A stretch of 64,000 nt of DNA, taken from the NCBI GenBank assembly GCA_963845065.1, contig CAWJQQ010000005.1, forward strand, positions 192,001 through 256,000, in the 5' to 3' direction. The translations under genes and the position numbers were made by a program. This document shows positions 9,326 through 20,175 of the stretch, in pieces. Origin of the DNA: Nitrospirota bacterium. Its GTDB lineage: Bacteria > Nitrospirota > UBA9217. Under the pieces are notes generated by a model. That model worked only from the letters and a program-made list of their open reading frames with translations. It searched no databases and had not been told where the DNA came from. The first letter of the stretch is position 1, and the number at the start of each line of letters is the position of its first letter.

Positions 9326-12300
9326 ATGAAAAATTTGCATGAGATTATCTTGCCTGTCCTTAACGATATTCAAGCGGGGAAAAAAACCATAGAAGTGAGC
9401 GAACTCTGGGGGGCCGCCAAGGCCCTTTTTTTATTCGGCCTGAAGCGCAAGCTCGACTGCCCTGTTATCGTGATTACTGCTTCGGAGGATACCGCAGAGG
9501 CGCTGTTAGATGACTTGAATTTCTTTCGACAGAAGGCTCCCCGCAACGAGGCGGAAAGCAGTGCACTTAAAATTCATGTCTTCCCAACCTGGGATGTGCT
9601 TCCCTTTGAGGCGGACTCGCCTGACAGCCGAACAGTCGGGGAGCGTATGCGCTTTCTCTACGATCTTGTCTCCGGTGACCCCGGCATCTTCGTAGTGCCG
9701 GTGCAATCATTGATACAAAAACTCCCGCCTTGGAATCTGTTTATTGACTCGGTAAAAACAATTACCACTACGACGCAACTTAATCCTGATAGTCTCGTTG
9801 CATCCCTGGTTGCAACAGGCTACGAATCTTCATCTCTGGTCACACGCGTGGGCGAGTTCAGCAAAAGGGGAGGGATCGTCGACTTCTTTTCACCACTACA
9901 TGAGCAGCCCGTGCGCATTGAATTTTTTGGTGATACTATGGAATCGCTACGCGCATTTGATCCCGAATCGCAACGCTCGACCGAAGAGATCAGTGAATCC
10001 GTGATTTTGCCGGTGCGGGAGCTCATCATTAATGATAAAGGGATAGAACAATTCGCACGCACTATCAATGATGAGGCCCTAATCGATCAGCTAAAAAGAG
10101 GGACACTTCCTCCAGGGGCTGAGTTCCTTGCACCGTTTTTCTATGGTATGGAAAGCCTGTTCCGATATCTTCCTGAGAATAGTCTTCTCGCCTGCATCGA
10201 ACCCGATGACATTAAACGCGAAGTTGAGTTCCAGAGAGTTAAAATCGAGGAGGGACGGCGTGAAGAGGTTGAAGAAGGCAGAACATTGCCTGAGGCATCG
10301 GAGCTTTATCTCGATCAAAAAGGACTTGACCTAGAATTGGCACATTTTACGACGCTCAGCAACCGTCTCCTCGGAACAAGAGGTGATGGTTTTCGCATGA
10401 ACACAAAGTCCTCTTCCTGGCTAAGTGTTCGTCTTACCAAGCCGGTCAACAGGGACCAGCAGGACACAATGCGCCAACCGATAGAAGGCACGATGGCGGG
10501 CCTTGTCGAGAAGCTCAGGCGCTTACGAGAATTCAACAGCGTTATGATTGTCTGTGGCACTGACGAATCGGCAGCACGGCTCAAGAAGCTGTTCATGGAA
10601 TACGGACTCGGTGTTGCACTAACATCCTACCCCGTGGCTCAGGATGCGGGGCCGTGGCCCATCACAGTGACCGTTGGAAGACTGTCAGAGGGGTTTGCCT
10701 GGCAGGAAGTCGGCATCATTTTTATTGCCGAGGAGGAGATTTTCGGCAGAAAGGTTCACCGTCCCTTAACTGTAAAAACAAAAGCAGCACCTTTTCTTTC
10801 AACCTTCAAGGAGCTAAAGCCTGGCGATTTCGTGGTACACACAGACTACGGTGTGGGCGAATACCAGGGACTAACGCATATCAATGTCGACGGCTTTGAA
10901 ACTGACTTTCTTTCCCTTCGCTACGAGCCGGATGCAAAGCTATACGTTCCTCTCTATAGTCTTGATAAAGTTCAGAAGTATATCGGTTCCGAAGGGATCG
11001 TACCGAAGCTTGACCGCTTGGGCGCGCTAGGCTGGGCGAAGACCAAGGAAAAAGTAAAGAAGGATATCCTCGAGATGGCTAGGGAGCTTGCTGCAATCTA
11101 TGCCGCCCGCGAAGCACAAAACCGTTCATCTTTCTCACCGCCGGACAATCTCTATCGTGAGTTTGAAGCCGCCTTCCCGTATGAAGAGACAGCTGACCAG
11201 CAGAAGGCAATCGAGGACGTACTTACCGATATGCAGCGGCCGAGACCCATGGATCGTCTTGTGTGCGGGGACGTGGGATACGGTAAAACCGAGGTAGCGC
11301 TCCGGGCAGCATTCAAAGCTGTAGAAGATGGGATGCAGGTTGCGGTGTTGGTGCCGACGACGCTCCTTGCAGACCAGCACGCCCGCACGTTTTCTGAGCG
11401 GCTTGCCCCGTTTTCGGTCCGTGTTGACATGCTCTCTCGCTTTCGCTCTAAGGCCGAGCAGCAGACGACGCTCAAAGGAATGAAGAGCGGGATCGTGGAC
11501 ATCGTGATCGGCACGCACAGACTGCTTCAGAAGGACGTTGCTTTCAAGAACCTCGGCCTGCTTGTTGTCGACGAGGAACACAAGTTCGGTGTAAAACACA
11601 AGGAGCGGATCAAGGAATTTAAAAAACTTGTGGATGTGCTTACACTTACGGCAACGCCGATCCCGCGCACGCTTCACATGTCGCTCGCGGGCATCCGGGA
11701 TCTTTCGATCATCCAAACGCCACCTCTTGACCGCCAAGCCATTCAAGTGGTGCTCGCGCGCTTTGGTAAACGTGTGATCCGTGAGGCCATTATGCATGAA
11801 CTCGGCCGGAGCGGACAGGTGTTTTTCGTGCATAACCGCGTTCGGGGTATCGAACGCACGGCTGATTTCGTGAAGAAGCTTGTGCCCGAAGCACGAGTCG
11901 GCATAGCCCATGGGCAATTGCATGAGCACCAGATCGAGGATGTGATGAAGAAGTTTCTCGCAGGAACACTGAATGTGCTCGTGACCACGACAATCATCGA
12001 ATCCGGCATCGATATCCCGACGGCAAATACGATCATCATTAACAGGGCAGACCGCTTCGGCCTTGCCGACTTGTATCAAATAAAAGGACGTGTGGGAAGG
12101 AGCCGGGAGAAGGCCTACGCTTATTTGCTCACTCCCGAAGATGAAACACTTACGGAAATTGCACGCAAGCGTCTTCGTGCGATTCAGGAATTGTCCGAAC
12201 TAGGCGCTGGGTTCCGAATTGCTGCACAGGATCTTGAGACCCGCGGAGCTGGAAATCTCCTGGGCAAGCAGCAATCGGGCCACATTGCAGCCGTTGGAAT

Positions 12301-12802
12301 CGATTTGTACACCCAGATGATGGAGGAGGCCATGGCAGAACTGCGCGGCGAGGAAATATCACCCGAGCCGGATACGATTATTACAATGCGCGCATCTGCA
12401 TTTATTCCTGATGATTATATCAATGATGTAAGCTTGCGACTCGCGGCATACAAAGAGATATCGACCGCTTCCGATGAGGCACAGCTCCGCGATATCAGCA
12501 ATGAGCTCCGAGACCGGTATGGAGTTCTGCCCGAACCTGTAGCCAATTTATTCGAGATAATGAGCGTCAAGCTTATCGCCAAAAAGGCAAGTGTCGCACG
12601 GATCGATGCAGGCAAGGACATGGTGAAAATCACCTTTACCGAGCAGGCGAACATATCACCGGACCGTGTTATGGTTCTTATTAATAAAAACAAAAGAAAC
12701 ATAAAGCTTATTCCGGAATACACGCTCCAGATCACGCTTCCAGACGACTCATTAGGGACTGCCGTAGATATGGTGAAAAAGTGCTTGCATGAATTATTAT
12801 AG
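9326..12802 (+). CDS. mfd: Transcription-repair coupling factor Mfd
   Basis: UvrB-homology region, RID ([12 protein letters not shown]), [31 protein letters not shown] motif; likely start ATG 9326. Confidence 0.97.
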   Translation: MKNLHEIILPVLNDIQAGKKTIEVSELWGAAKALFLFGLKRKLDCPVIVITASEDTAEALLDDLNFFRQKAPRNEAESSALKIHVFPTWDVLPFEADSPDSRTVGERMRFLYDLVSGDPGIFVVPVQSLIQKLPPWNLFIDSVKTITTTTQLNPDSLVASLVATGYESSSLVTRVGEFSKRGGIVDFFSPLHEQPVRIEFFGDTMESLRAFDPESQRSTEEISESVILPVRELIINDKGIEQFARTINDEALIDQLKRGTLPPGAEFLAPFFYGMESLFRYLPENSLLACIEPDDIKREVEFQRVKIEEGRREEVEEGRTLPEASELYLDQKGLDLELAHFTTLSNRLLGTRGDGFRMNTKSSSWLSVRLTKPVNRDQQDTMRQPIEGTMAGLVEKLRRLREFNSVMIVCGTDESAARLKKLFMEYGLGVALTSYPVAQDAGPWPITVTVGRLSEGFAWQEVGIIFIAEEEIFGRKVHRPLTVKTKAAPFLSTFKELKPGDFVVHTDYGVGEYQGLTHINVDGFETDFLSLRYEPDAKLYVPLYSLDKVQKYIGSEGIVPKLDRLGALGWAKTKEKVKKDILEMARELAAIYAAREAQNRSSFSPPDNLYREFEAAFPYEETADQQKAIEDVLTDMQRPRPMDRLVCGDVGYGKTEVALRAAFKAVEDGMQVAVLVPTTLLADQHARTFSERLAPFSVRVDMLSRFRSKAEQQTTLKGMKSGIVDIVIGTHRLLQKDVAFKNLGLLVVDEEHKFGVKHKERIKEFKKLVDVLTLTATPIPRTLHMSLAGIRDLSIIQTPPLDRQAIQVVLARFGKRVIREAIMHELGRSGQVFFVHNRVRGIERTADFVKKLVPEARVGIAHGQLHEHQIEDVMKKFLAGTLNVLVTTTIIESGIDIPTANTIIINRADRFGLADLYQIKGRVGRSREKAYAYLLTPEDETLTEIARKRLRAIQELSELGAGFRIAAQDLETRGAGNLLGKQQSGHIAAVGIDLYTQMMEEAMAELRGEEISPEPDTIITMRASAFIPDDYINDVSLRLAAYKEISTASDEAQLRDISNELRDRYGVLPEPVANLFEIMSVKLIAKKASVARIDAGKDMVKITFTEQANISPDRVMVLINKNKRNIKLIPEYTLQITLPDDSLGTAVDMVKKCLHELL

Positions 12803-12887
12803 TATGTTATATATGAGGACTATACTTTCTTAATATTTGCGTTTTTTTAAATAGCAGAAAACTCATACTTTCGGAGGAATGTAATTC

Positions 12888-13586
12888 ATGAAGATGTATA
12901 AAACGATCGTAATTGTTATGTTGCTCACCGTCGCTGTTTCTATGACGGGCTGTAACAAGGGAACGAATAGCACCGTACTCGCGAAGGTTAACCGCGGAAC
13001 CATCACGGAAGTGGATTTCAAAAAACAGCTTGAAGACCTAACACCACAAATGCAGCAGGCGGTGGCTACCGATCCCAAGGCACGGAGGGAATTCCTCGAT
13101 GATCTGGTCGGGATCGAACTTGTAATCCAGGAAGCGAAGCGGCAAGGTTTGGACAAGGACGCAGACTTTAAAAAGCGGCAAGATATGATGAGAAAAGAGC
13201 TCGAGCACAGGGTCCAGGAGGACGCCAAAAACGAGCTTTTTAACGCGGTCCTGAAAAAAGAGATCGGTGATAAAATGAGCAAGGTGCCCGAACCATCAGC
13301 GCAGGAAGTTCGCGACTATTATGATAAGAACAAGGATAAGATACGCAACGGAGCTGGAAAACCACTAAGTCTCAAGGATGTGGAACCACAACTGAAAACA
13401 CGGCTGATGCAAGAGAGGCGGCGAGAACTGTACCTCGAATATGCCAAGGCGCTCCGAGACAAGGCCAAAATCGAAGTAAATGAAAAGGCCCTTGACGAGG
13501 CCATGGCCTCGTTTGCCCAGCCAAAAGAGCTGGATCTTTCAAATATGAAGGCACAACCAGCTACAAATAAAGAGGCTACAAAGTAA
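12888..13586 (+). CDS. SurA N-terminal-like lipoprotein chaperone
   Basis: Lipobox MTGC, VLAKVNRGTIT, LVIQEAKRQGLD; no clear parvulin domain. Confidence 0.75.
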   Translation: MKMYKTIVIVMLLTVAVSMTGCNKGTNSTVLAKVNRGTITEVDFKKQLEDLTPQMQQAVATDPKARREFLDDLVGIELVIQEAKRQGLDKDADFKKRQDMMRKELEHRVQEDAKNELFNAVLKKEIGDKMSKVPEPSAQEVRDYYDKNKDKIRNGAGKPLSLKDVEPQLKTRLMQERRRELYLEYAKALRDKAKIEVNEKALDEAMASFAQPKELDLSNMKAQPATNKEATK

Positions 13587-13599
13587 GAACTCGATCACT

Positions 13600-14574
13600 A
13601 TGAACTGTTTCCGACAGAAGTACTATATTATAGCCCCAGCGCTTTTGCTGGGGCTTCTATTTTTTTCATGCGCGAAAAAAGAAGAAGAAAAAAAAATCAC
13701 TGCAGCCGCCCCCGGTGTGTCCACGCTCTCTCCCAATGTGCGGATAGTGGCAACAGTGAACGGCGATCCTATCTCGCTTGCCGAATTCCAGGAACGCTTT
13801 GCCCGCGCGGGAATAAAGCCTGAGCACGATGCTGAACTTGACGTCAGGCGTGAATTCCTGAACCAGCTTATAGAACGTAAAATGATGCTTCGAGAGGCCC
13901 AGAGGAAACGGATCAAAATCGGTCTTCCTGAGATAAATGCCAGGATCGAAGCGTTGCGCACCGAACATGGTAAAGATGTTAAGGAAGAACTTGCGAGCCT
14001 CGGCATCGATTTCGAGAAGTGGAAGTCCGATATCTGGGAAGATATGATGATCGAGCGGCTGATTACACGCGATGTGAACAGGCACATAACCGTTTCGCAG
14101 GCTGAAATACGCCGTTACTACCAGGCGAACACCGAGGCATTCGAGAAACCTGAGCAGGTTCGCGTGCGACAGATAGTAGTCGCTACCGAGGACGAAGCAA
14201 AAAAGGTGATGGCACTTCTTCAAGCACCGAATGTGGACTTTGCGGCATTGGCGCGTGAAAAATCAATTGCCCCGGAGGCGGAGAAGGGTGGAGATCTGGG
14301 TTATTTTGCCATGGGTGATATGCCAGCGGAATTCAATATCGTCTTCGGCCTGCCGAAACAAGGGATAAGTGGGATCGTAAAGAGTCCATATGGTTTTCAT
14401 ATCTTCAAGCTGGAAGATAAGCGGAAAGCCGGCAAGATCAGCCTTGATGAAGCCTCGAAAGAGATAACCGAAAAAATACGCCAGGAAAAAGTAGACATTC
14501 GTTACCGGCAATGGCTCAAGGAACTGAGGTCGAGGACGAAGTTTGAAGTAAATTACCAGGCGCTGGAGCAGTGA
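13600..14574 (+). CDS. SurA/PpiC-type peptidyl-prolyl isomerase lipoprotein
   Basis: Lipobox FFSC, VATVNGDPI, VRVRQIVV, FAALAREKS, GGDLGYF, VKSPYGFHIFK. Confidence 0.9.
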   Translation: MNCFRQKYYIIAPALLLGLLFFSCAKKEEEKKITAAAPGVSTLSPNVRIVATVNGDPISLAEFQERFARAGIKPEHDAELDVRREFLNQLIERKMMLREAQRKRIKIGLPEINARIEALRTEHGKDVKEELASLGIDFEKWKSDIWEDMMIERLITRDVNRHITVSQAEIRRYYQANTEAFEKPEQVRVRQIVVATEDEAKKVMALLQAPNVDFAALAREKSIAPEAEKGGDLGYFAMGDMPAEFNIVFGLPKQGISGIVKSPYGFHIFKLEDKRKAGKISLDEASKEITEKIRQEKVDIRYRQWLKELRSRTKFEVNYQALEQ

Positions 14575-14661
14575 GTTTCGTAAGATAAAGAGGGCTAGGA
14601 GCACTTCCTGGCAATTGCTGAAACACGGCGGTAGATTGTCCGGACGCGGCGAACGGAGTGA

Positions 14662-15175
14662 TCAAAGCATTATCTCGATCATTCGCAAACTCCAGCCTAG
14701 TTTTGAACTGTTCCGACGCAGCATTGATGCTTCCGACCACTTAAGCACCCGTAACGCCGGTGAGCGAGCAACACGGGGGTGGTATTGTACGCGGTAGTTG
14801 TTCACGTCCAGGGGCGCTGCATCAACCCTTACGAGGGTGTTGTCCTTGAATGTCGAGAGTAATATGATACAATGATTTGCACGGTCGCACTCGGAGCCGA
14901 AAACGAAGTTGCCGCGACTGTAGGTAATGAGATGTCCTTTGTACACCTAGAGTTTCTGGAGAATAAGTGGGTGATCGCCGAGCACGAGGTTGGCGCCCTC
15001 AACCAATGGCACAATGGCCAAGTTCGTTCTGGCAAAACCTTGGCAACGGTTAACAGCTCAACGCCCAAGTGGAAGGAAACGACAATGATATCGACATGGG
15101 GCCGGACCCTCTCGATAGCAGCATTCACCAAGTCTGCATATCCCGGCGTTGTGCCTGGCCAGCGGGCGGAAGTGA
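14662..15175 (-). pseudogene. CapA/PGA_cap metallophosphoesterase C-terminal remnant
   Basis: Fragments in different frames: DIIVVSFHLGVE and YKGHLITYSRGNFVFG; frameshifted, N-terminal half absent. Confidence 0.7.
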
Positions 15176-15355
15176 AAAATTCTAATTGTGTGTTCGTCCT
15201 GCGGCAGCAGGTCTGCGGTAATAGCTTGTGAAGCTAGAGTGAAGACACCGCGAAGAGTGGGAAAGAGTGGTTTCATATTACATTTAACGCTATAATAAAA
15301 TACCGCTGCCAAAAAGCATAAAAAAAGCAGGCGGTGTTGGGCACGGAGCAGAACC

Positions 15356-16294
15356 ATGAGAAAAGCAGCATTTTCTTTTATAATCGTAACGGGCATTTAT
15401 CTTTTGTGCAGCATGCAGAGCACCGCGATCGCTTCGGTTGTTGTGGACCGCGTAGTTGCGGTCGTTAATAATGAAATTATTACGCTGAGCGATCTTCAGC
15501 GGGAAGCAACTTTGAAAAAAACCGAGGGCAAGTCTGCTGAACGGATGCTCCTCGAAGACATGATTGACCGAAAACTGCAGATGGCTGCCGCAAAGCGTGC
15601 TGGGATGGACGTCACCGATAAAGAGCTTGCCGACGCCGTCAATGACATTTTAAAGCGGAATTCCTTTGATTTAAATCAGTTCGAGGCAGCGTTGGCAAAA
15701 GACGGGCTCACGCTCGAGCAGTATAAAATTGAGCTTCGGGAGCAGATGACGCTCTCGCGCATGTTTAATAAGTATATACGGGCTGGCGTCGCCGTAGATG
15801 AGGCGGAAGTTCACTCTTATTATAATCGAAACATCAAATTATACACGCTCCCCGAAGAAATCCGGCTGAGGCAGATATTTTTCCCGATACCTGACAAGCC
15901 AACTGCCCACGAGACTGCAGACGTGGAAGAAAAGGCGCAGCAGGTTTATGCTCGAGCCAAAAACGGGGAGAATTTTACTAGCCTCGTCCGTGAATTTTCT
16001 GAAGGAGCGACAGAGTCGCAGGATGGTGATCTCGGATTCACACAGCGGGACTCTCTTTTGCCTGAGATGGAATCTGCCGCGCAACCTCTTAAACAGGGCG
16101 ATATCTCCCCCCCATTCCGCTGCGCTGGCGGCTATAACATTATCAGGCTGGAAGAAGTGCGGGCCATTGTGAGACCTTATGATACAGTAAAAAATGAGAT
16201 CATGAATATGCTCTATCAGCAAAAAGTTGAGAATAACTACCGAAGCTGGCTTCAGTCTCTTAGGAGCGATTCCAACATCGAAAACAGATTTTAA
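15356..16294 (+). CDS. surA: SurA-like chaperone/PPIase
   Basis: Signal peptide, VDRVVAVVNNEIITLSDL, IRLRQIF, DGDLGF, GYNIIRL. Confidence 0.8.
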   Translation: MRKAAFSFIIVTGIYLLCSMQSTAIASVVVDRVVAVVNNEIITLSDLQREATLKKTEGKSAERMLLEDMIDRKLQMAAAKRAGMDVTDKELADAVNDILKRNSFDLNQFEAALAKDGLTLEQYKIELREQMTLSRMFNKYIRAGVAVDEAEVHSYYNRNIKLYTLPEEIRLRQIFFPIPDKPTAHETADVEEKAQQVYARAKNGENFTSLVREFSEGATESQDGDLGFTQRDSLLPEMESAAQPLKQGDISPPFRCAGGYNIIRLEEVRAIVRPYDTVKNEIMNMLYQQKVENNYRSWLQSLRSDSNIENRF

Positions 16295-16318
16295 GCAGGA
16301 GTAGGGAGCAGAGCACTG

Positions 16319-16350
16319 AGGGCAAAGCTGAGAGCGATGCCCTTTTTTTT
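16319..16350 (+). terminator. Probable intrinsic terminator after surA
   Basis: AGGGCA...TGCCCT stem followed by T-run. Confidence 0.5.
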
Positions 16351-16393
16351 CACTTAACGCCTACCCCCTTTTTGATTCTGTATCGTACCCCGC

Positions 16394-17557
16394 GTGAAAA
16401 CGATAAAACTCAAACAAAAAGAAGACCGCCGCATTCTTCGCGGGCACCCTTGGGTGTTTAGCAATGAACTTGAACGAATGTTGGCTACGTTCGAACCGGG
16501 CGAGATCGTCGATGTGCAGGATTTTTCCGGTCGATTCGTTGGTCGGGGCTATATTAATCCACGCTCTCTCATTGCCGTGCGGATTCTCACGCGGAAGGAG
16601 GAAGAGATTGACCTCGCATTTTTTAAAAATAAGATTTCGGCTGCACACGACCTCAGAAAAGATTTTGGATTCGGCGATTCCTATCGCGCCGTCTTCAGCG
16701 AAGGTGATGGTCTTCCAGGCTTAATCGTGGACAAATACGCCGACACACTCGTGGTCCAGTCATCGACTGCTGGCATCGACAGGCTTTTGGACGAAGTTGT
16801 CACGGCGTTGAATGAAGAATATTCTCCCCATGCAATTGTGCTCAAGAATGATATGGGTACGCGGGAGCTCGAAGGTCTTTCTCAAGAAAAGCGCGTTATA
16901 GTTGGATCTCTTACAGGTCCTGTGACGATCGAAGAGTCAGGCATTACTTATCGGGTTGATGTGCTTGACGGACAGAAGACTGGGTTCTTCTTTGATCAAC
17001 GAGAGAACCGACTTGCTCTTAAAGATTATGCCCGTGGAAAGCGAACACTAGATTGTTTTTGCTACATAGGTGCATGGTCGCTTACGGCAGCGAAATTCGG
17101 CGCCTCCGAAGTCATCGGTCTTGACTCTTCAGCGAAGGCTGTCTCCCAGGCAACAGATAATGCCGCTTTGAACGGTTTGTCAGCGCAGTTTAAGACTGTC
17201 GATGTATTCGATGAGCTCCGCCTTCTGGAAAAACAAAGGGAAAAGTTCGGTTGTATCGTCCTCGACCCACCAGCGTTTGTGAAAAGCAGATCCAAGGTGC
17301 GGGAGGCACTTAAAGGCTATAAAGACATCAATCTTCGTGCAATGAAATTACTTGAACCGGGAGGCGCACTGGTGACCTGCTCGTGCTCACATCATATTGA
17401 CCAAGAATTGTTTCGGGAGATGCTAATTGACTCAGCATACTCGGCAGGCAGACAGGCGCGGATACTGGAGATGCGCTCCCAGTCGCGAGATCATCCTATG
17501 CTGCTCGCGGCCAAGGAGACGCAGTATTTAAAATGTGCGATACTAAAAATAGACTGA
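16394..17557 (+). CDS. Class I SAM-dependent rRNA methyltransferase (RlmI/RlmK family)
   Basis: PUA domain GHPWVFSNE, GQKTGFFFDQRENR, VLDPPAF, TCSCS, DHP. Confidence 0.9.
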   Translation: MKTIKLKQKEDRRILRGHPWVFSNELERMLATFEPGEIVDVQDFSGRFVGRGYINPRSLIAVRILTRKEEEIDLAFFKNKISAAHDLRKDFGFGDSYRAVFSEGDGLPGLIVDKYADTLVVQSSTAGIDRLLDEVVTALNEEYSPHAIVLKNDMGTRELEGLSQEKRVIVGSLTGPVTIEESGITYRVDVLDGQKTGFFFDQRENRLALKDYARGKRTLDCFCYIGAWSLTAAKFGASEVIGLDSSAKAVSQATDNAALNGLSAQFKTVDVFDELRLLEKQREKFGCIVLDPPAFVKSRSKVREALKGYKDINLRAMKLLEPGGALVTCSCSHHIDQELFREMLIDSAYSAGRQARILEMRSQSRDHPMLLAAKETQYLKCAILKID

Positions 17558-17759
17558 ACGTAGATAAGGATTTGATATCCAAGTCAACTACTGACGCTCT
17601 CCGGGCGCGTATGGCAAATGATAGCATCCATTCATATTTAAACGCATTTCAATAAGGGCTCAAAATGGATTTGTACATATACAGGTTCCATAGTTGAAAA
17701 CAGATTTCAAGAATTAACTTGACTAATAAGCACCCCCTATGTTAAAAAGTAACCGCTTC

Positions 17760-17834
17760 GGGCGATTAGCTCAGCGGGAGAGCACTGCCTTCACACGGCA
17801 GGGGTCGCTGGTTCAAACCCAGCATCGCCCACCA
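17760..17834 (+). tRNA. tRNA-Val(CAC)
   Basis: Cloverleaf: GGGCGAT/ATCGCCC acceptor, CTGCC-TTCACAC-GGCAG anticodon arm, GGTTCAAA T-loop, encoded CCA. Confidence 0.96.
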
Positions 17835-17839
17835 TGGAA
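17787..17839 (+). repeat. attL: 53-bp direct repeat (tRNA 3' half)
   Basis: GCCTTCACACGG...CCACCATGGAA identical to 28210-28262. Confidence 0.95.
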
Positions 17840-17848
17840 TTCAAGGAG

Positions 17849-18979
17849 TTAGGCTACAAAAGCTGACTCCTTTTTTGTTTCTTGTGCAGTAATTGTGAAG
17901 TTTGCGGAAGGTGTGGAGTCTGGTGAAGGTCTCAGGATAGAGTCCAGAACGTTTACAGCGTTCGTTTTATGGGCCGGTGCAAGGTGAGCATAGCGAAGTG
18001 TCATCTTGATATCCTTATGACCAAGAAGCTCCCTTACCGTTGTAAGGTCTATTCCTGCCATTACAAGTTGCGAGGCAAACGTGTGGCGGAGATCATGAAA
18101 GCGGAAATCGTTTATCTTTGCCGCTTTCAAGGCTGTTGCGAAGCTCCTTTTCATACTCTTATAGGGTTTGAGAGTGATCGGGTCATAGAAGACATAAGGC
18201 AACAGCTCCTTTTCTCCGTCCTTTTCGGCCTCTACAAAACGGCGGGGGAGACGATTAATCGTTTCTCTTAGTGTTTGGTCAATCGGTACCTCCCGGTGCT
18301 CGCCGTTTTTCGTCTCAGTAAGTGTAATAAACCCGTTTTGCAGGTCTATCTGTTCCCAGCGTAAACTAAGAATCTCGCCGCGCCTCATTCCCGTATGAAG
18401 AGCACAAATAACAATAGGCTGCAAATGGGTGTCACATACACTGACCAATTCTTGAGTCTCTTTGGAAGATAGGAAACGCAAGCGTCGATTCGACTCTTTG
18501 TAGTTTTTCACCTTGCGTATACGTTTGAGTGTGTCCTCCTCCACCAATTCCCATTCAACCGCCTTGCCGATCATAGCCTTTAGGATAGCAATTTCCTTGT
18601 TAACGCTCGCCGTTTTTAATCTCTCCTGTAAAAGCATCGTTTGGTACTGTTCGACGATAAGCGTGTTGAAAGCCCTTAAGGGAATGTCTCCGAAATGCTT
18701 TGTAAGCTTCTTAATCCTGTACTGCTTGCTTTCGGCTGATTTGTGCCGCCCCAGCATCCATGAAATATACTTGTCTTTGAGCTCAAAGAATGTATGATTT
18801 TTTATCCTGACAGCACTGGTTAGTTTGCCTTCTCGGACGGCCTTTTGCTCGCCGATAAGCTGTGTTTCCGCCTCGCGGTAACTGTCCGTGCGAGTACTTT
18901 TGCGAATGATCTTTCCGGTTAAATCAGCGAAACAAATCCAGTAAACATTGCCGCGCTTATAAATACCTTTTCTAGCCAT
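17849..18979 (-). CDS. int: Tyrosine recombinase/phage integrase
   Basis: TGMRRGEI (R), TKNG (K), FHDLRHT (HxxR), LLGH, TLRY (Y); N-terminal arm-binding-like GIYKRGNVYWI. Confidence 0.95.
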   Translation of the reverse strand: MARKGIYKRGNVYWICFADLTGKIIRKSTRTDSYREAETQLIGEQKAVREGKLTSAVRIKNHTFFELKDKYISWMLGRHKSAESKQYRIKKLTKHFGDIPLRAFNTLIVEQYQTMLLQERLKTASVNKEIAILKAMIGKAVEWELVEEDTLKRIRKVKNYKESNRRLRFLSSKETQELVSVCDTHLQPIVICALHTGMRRGEILSLRWEQIDLQNGFITLTETKNGEHREVPIDQTLRETINRLPRRFVEAEKDGEKELLPYVFYDPITLKPYKSMKRSFATALKAAKINDFRFHDLRHTFASQLVMAGIDLTTVRELLGHKDIKMTLRYAHLAPAHKTNAVNVLDSILRPSPDSTPSANFTITAQETKKESAFVA

Positions 18980-19074
18980 GAAAGCCGATCTCCTTTCTAA
19001 TTTGCAGTGAAAACGTTTTCACTTTGTCGTCTTTCGACTCTTGTTACTGCCTCCTTTTTTTGGGATTGCCTTCT

Positions 19075-19614
19075 TTATGGCTGAAGGCCCATCTTTTCAC
19101 GCCGAAGTTTTCGTACGAATGCCCGTGTGTCTGGCTGGAGTTTGTCAAGGTCATAGCCCTTTGCCATTTCTATAACCTCATTCGCGATTTCAGCCCTTTT
19201 TTTGTTACCACCCTGGTCATATTGGGTTCTCAGCTTGTCGATATCATTCTGCAACTTGTAATTGCGAGTCTCTGTATACGCCGCACAGTCTATTCTTAGG
19301 TTTGATATAGCTTCTTGCGTATCCGGTGACAGGTTATTTAAATCATAGCCTGCGTTTTGCTGTATTTCATTTAGATAAAAACACGCACCTTCCATCTTTC
19401 CTTCTTGGCTATCTTTAGCATAATAATATAGTAACCCTTGAATACGAGCTTCTTCAAACCGTTGAAGCGCAGTTTGAGCGTTCTGATCATTTTGACTAGT
19501 TTGAGGTTTATTTTGAGAAGGAGTTTTATCAGTCTGAAACATCTTTGAAACCCCCCATACAAGCGAGACTATGACCATTAAAATCACAAACCTCACAAAT
19601 AGCTTGTCATTCAT
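19075..19614 (-). CDS. Hypothetical protein with N-terminal membrane anchor
   Basis: FVILMVIVSLVWGV hydrophobic helix then helical domain; RBS AGGAGG upstream. Confidence 0.75.
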   Translation of the reverse strand: MNDKLFVRFVILMVIVSLVWGVSKMFQTDKTPSQNKPQTSQNDQNAQTALQRFEEARIQGLLYYYAKDSQEGKMEGACFYLNEIQQNAGYDLNNLSPDTQEAISNLRIDCAAYTETRNYKLQNDIDKLRTQYDQGGNKKRAEIANEVIEMAKGYDLDKLQPDTRAFVRKLRREKMGLQP

Positions 19615-19615
19615 T

Positions 19616-19846
19616 TTAGCCTCCTTTTCTTTTTGACATTTGTGAGAACCTTTGGTACTTCTTCTTCCTCCCGCCTCCTTTCTTTGGGATTGCCTTTAGA
19701 GCCAAATGAAGAAATGACGGAATAGCCCTAGTTCCCGTCTCCCACCTTGAAACGGAGAACATTGCAACACCAAGAATGTCCGCAAGTTCATCTTGAGTGT
19801 ACCCGTTCTTCTCCCGCCATTTTCTGAGCTCGTCAGGCTTCATCAT
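19616..19846 (-). CDS. XRE-family HTH transcriptional regulator (repressor)
   Basis: LRKWREKNGYTQDELADILGVAMFSVSRWETGTRAIP. Confidence 0.9.
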   Translation of the reverse strand: MMKPDELRKWREKNGYTQDELADILGVAMFSVSRWETGTRAIPSFLHLALKAIPKKGGGRKKKYQRFSQMSKRKGG

Positions 19847-20175
19847 GGCTTAATTATACCATTGGTATAATGATTGTCAAGGCTTTTCTTCTCCCCCCTC
19901 TTTATAGTCTTTTTTGTTTGTTCATGGAAGGAGAGTTTATCAATTTCTTTGTCAATGTCCTTTTTTCGAAATCGCAAAAGACCTCCCGGCTTGAAATGCG
20001 GCAGTTCGTGCTTATGATCGTATACCCATTTCGGACTTACACTGAGATATGCAGCCAGTTCATCAACGGAGAAAATTACATCGTCTGCCTTTTCTATCAA
20101 CAAGAATGGTTTAATAAGTTCTGTAACCCTTTGCGCGATGAGCTCAATATCTTCTTGCTCAATGACCGTTTTCAT
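19843..20175 (-). CDS. Excisionase-like HTH_17 DNA-binding protein
   Basis: FSVDELAAYLSVSPKWVY...LPHFKPGGLLRFRKKDID; start at ATG 20175 with GGAG RBS. Confidence 0.85.
   Translation of the reverse strand: MKTVIEQEDIELIAQRVTELIKPFLLIEKADDVIFSVDELAAYLSVSPKWVYDHKHELPHFKPGGLLRFRKKDIDKEIDKLSFHEQTKKTIKRGEKKSLDNHYTNGIIKP
19853..19880 (-). promoter_or_regulatory. sigma70 promoter TTGACA-N16-TATAAT with overlapping palindromic operator ATTATACCATTGGTATAAT
   Basis: Consensus hexamers on the minus strand, -10 only 6 nt from the XRE ATG; 19-bp palindrome at 19853-19871. Confidence 0.8.
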
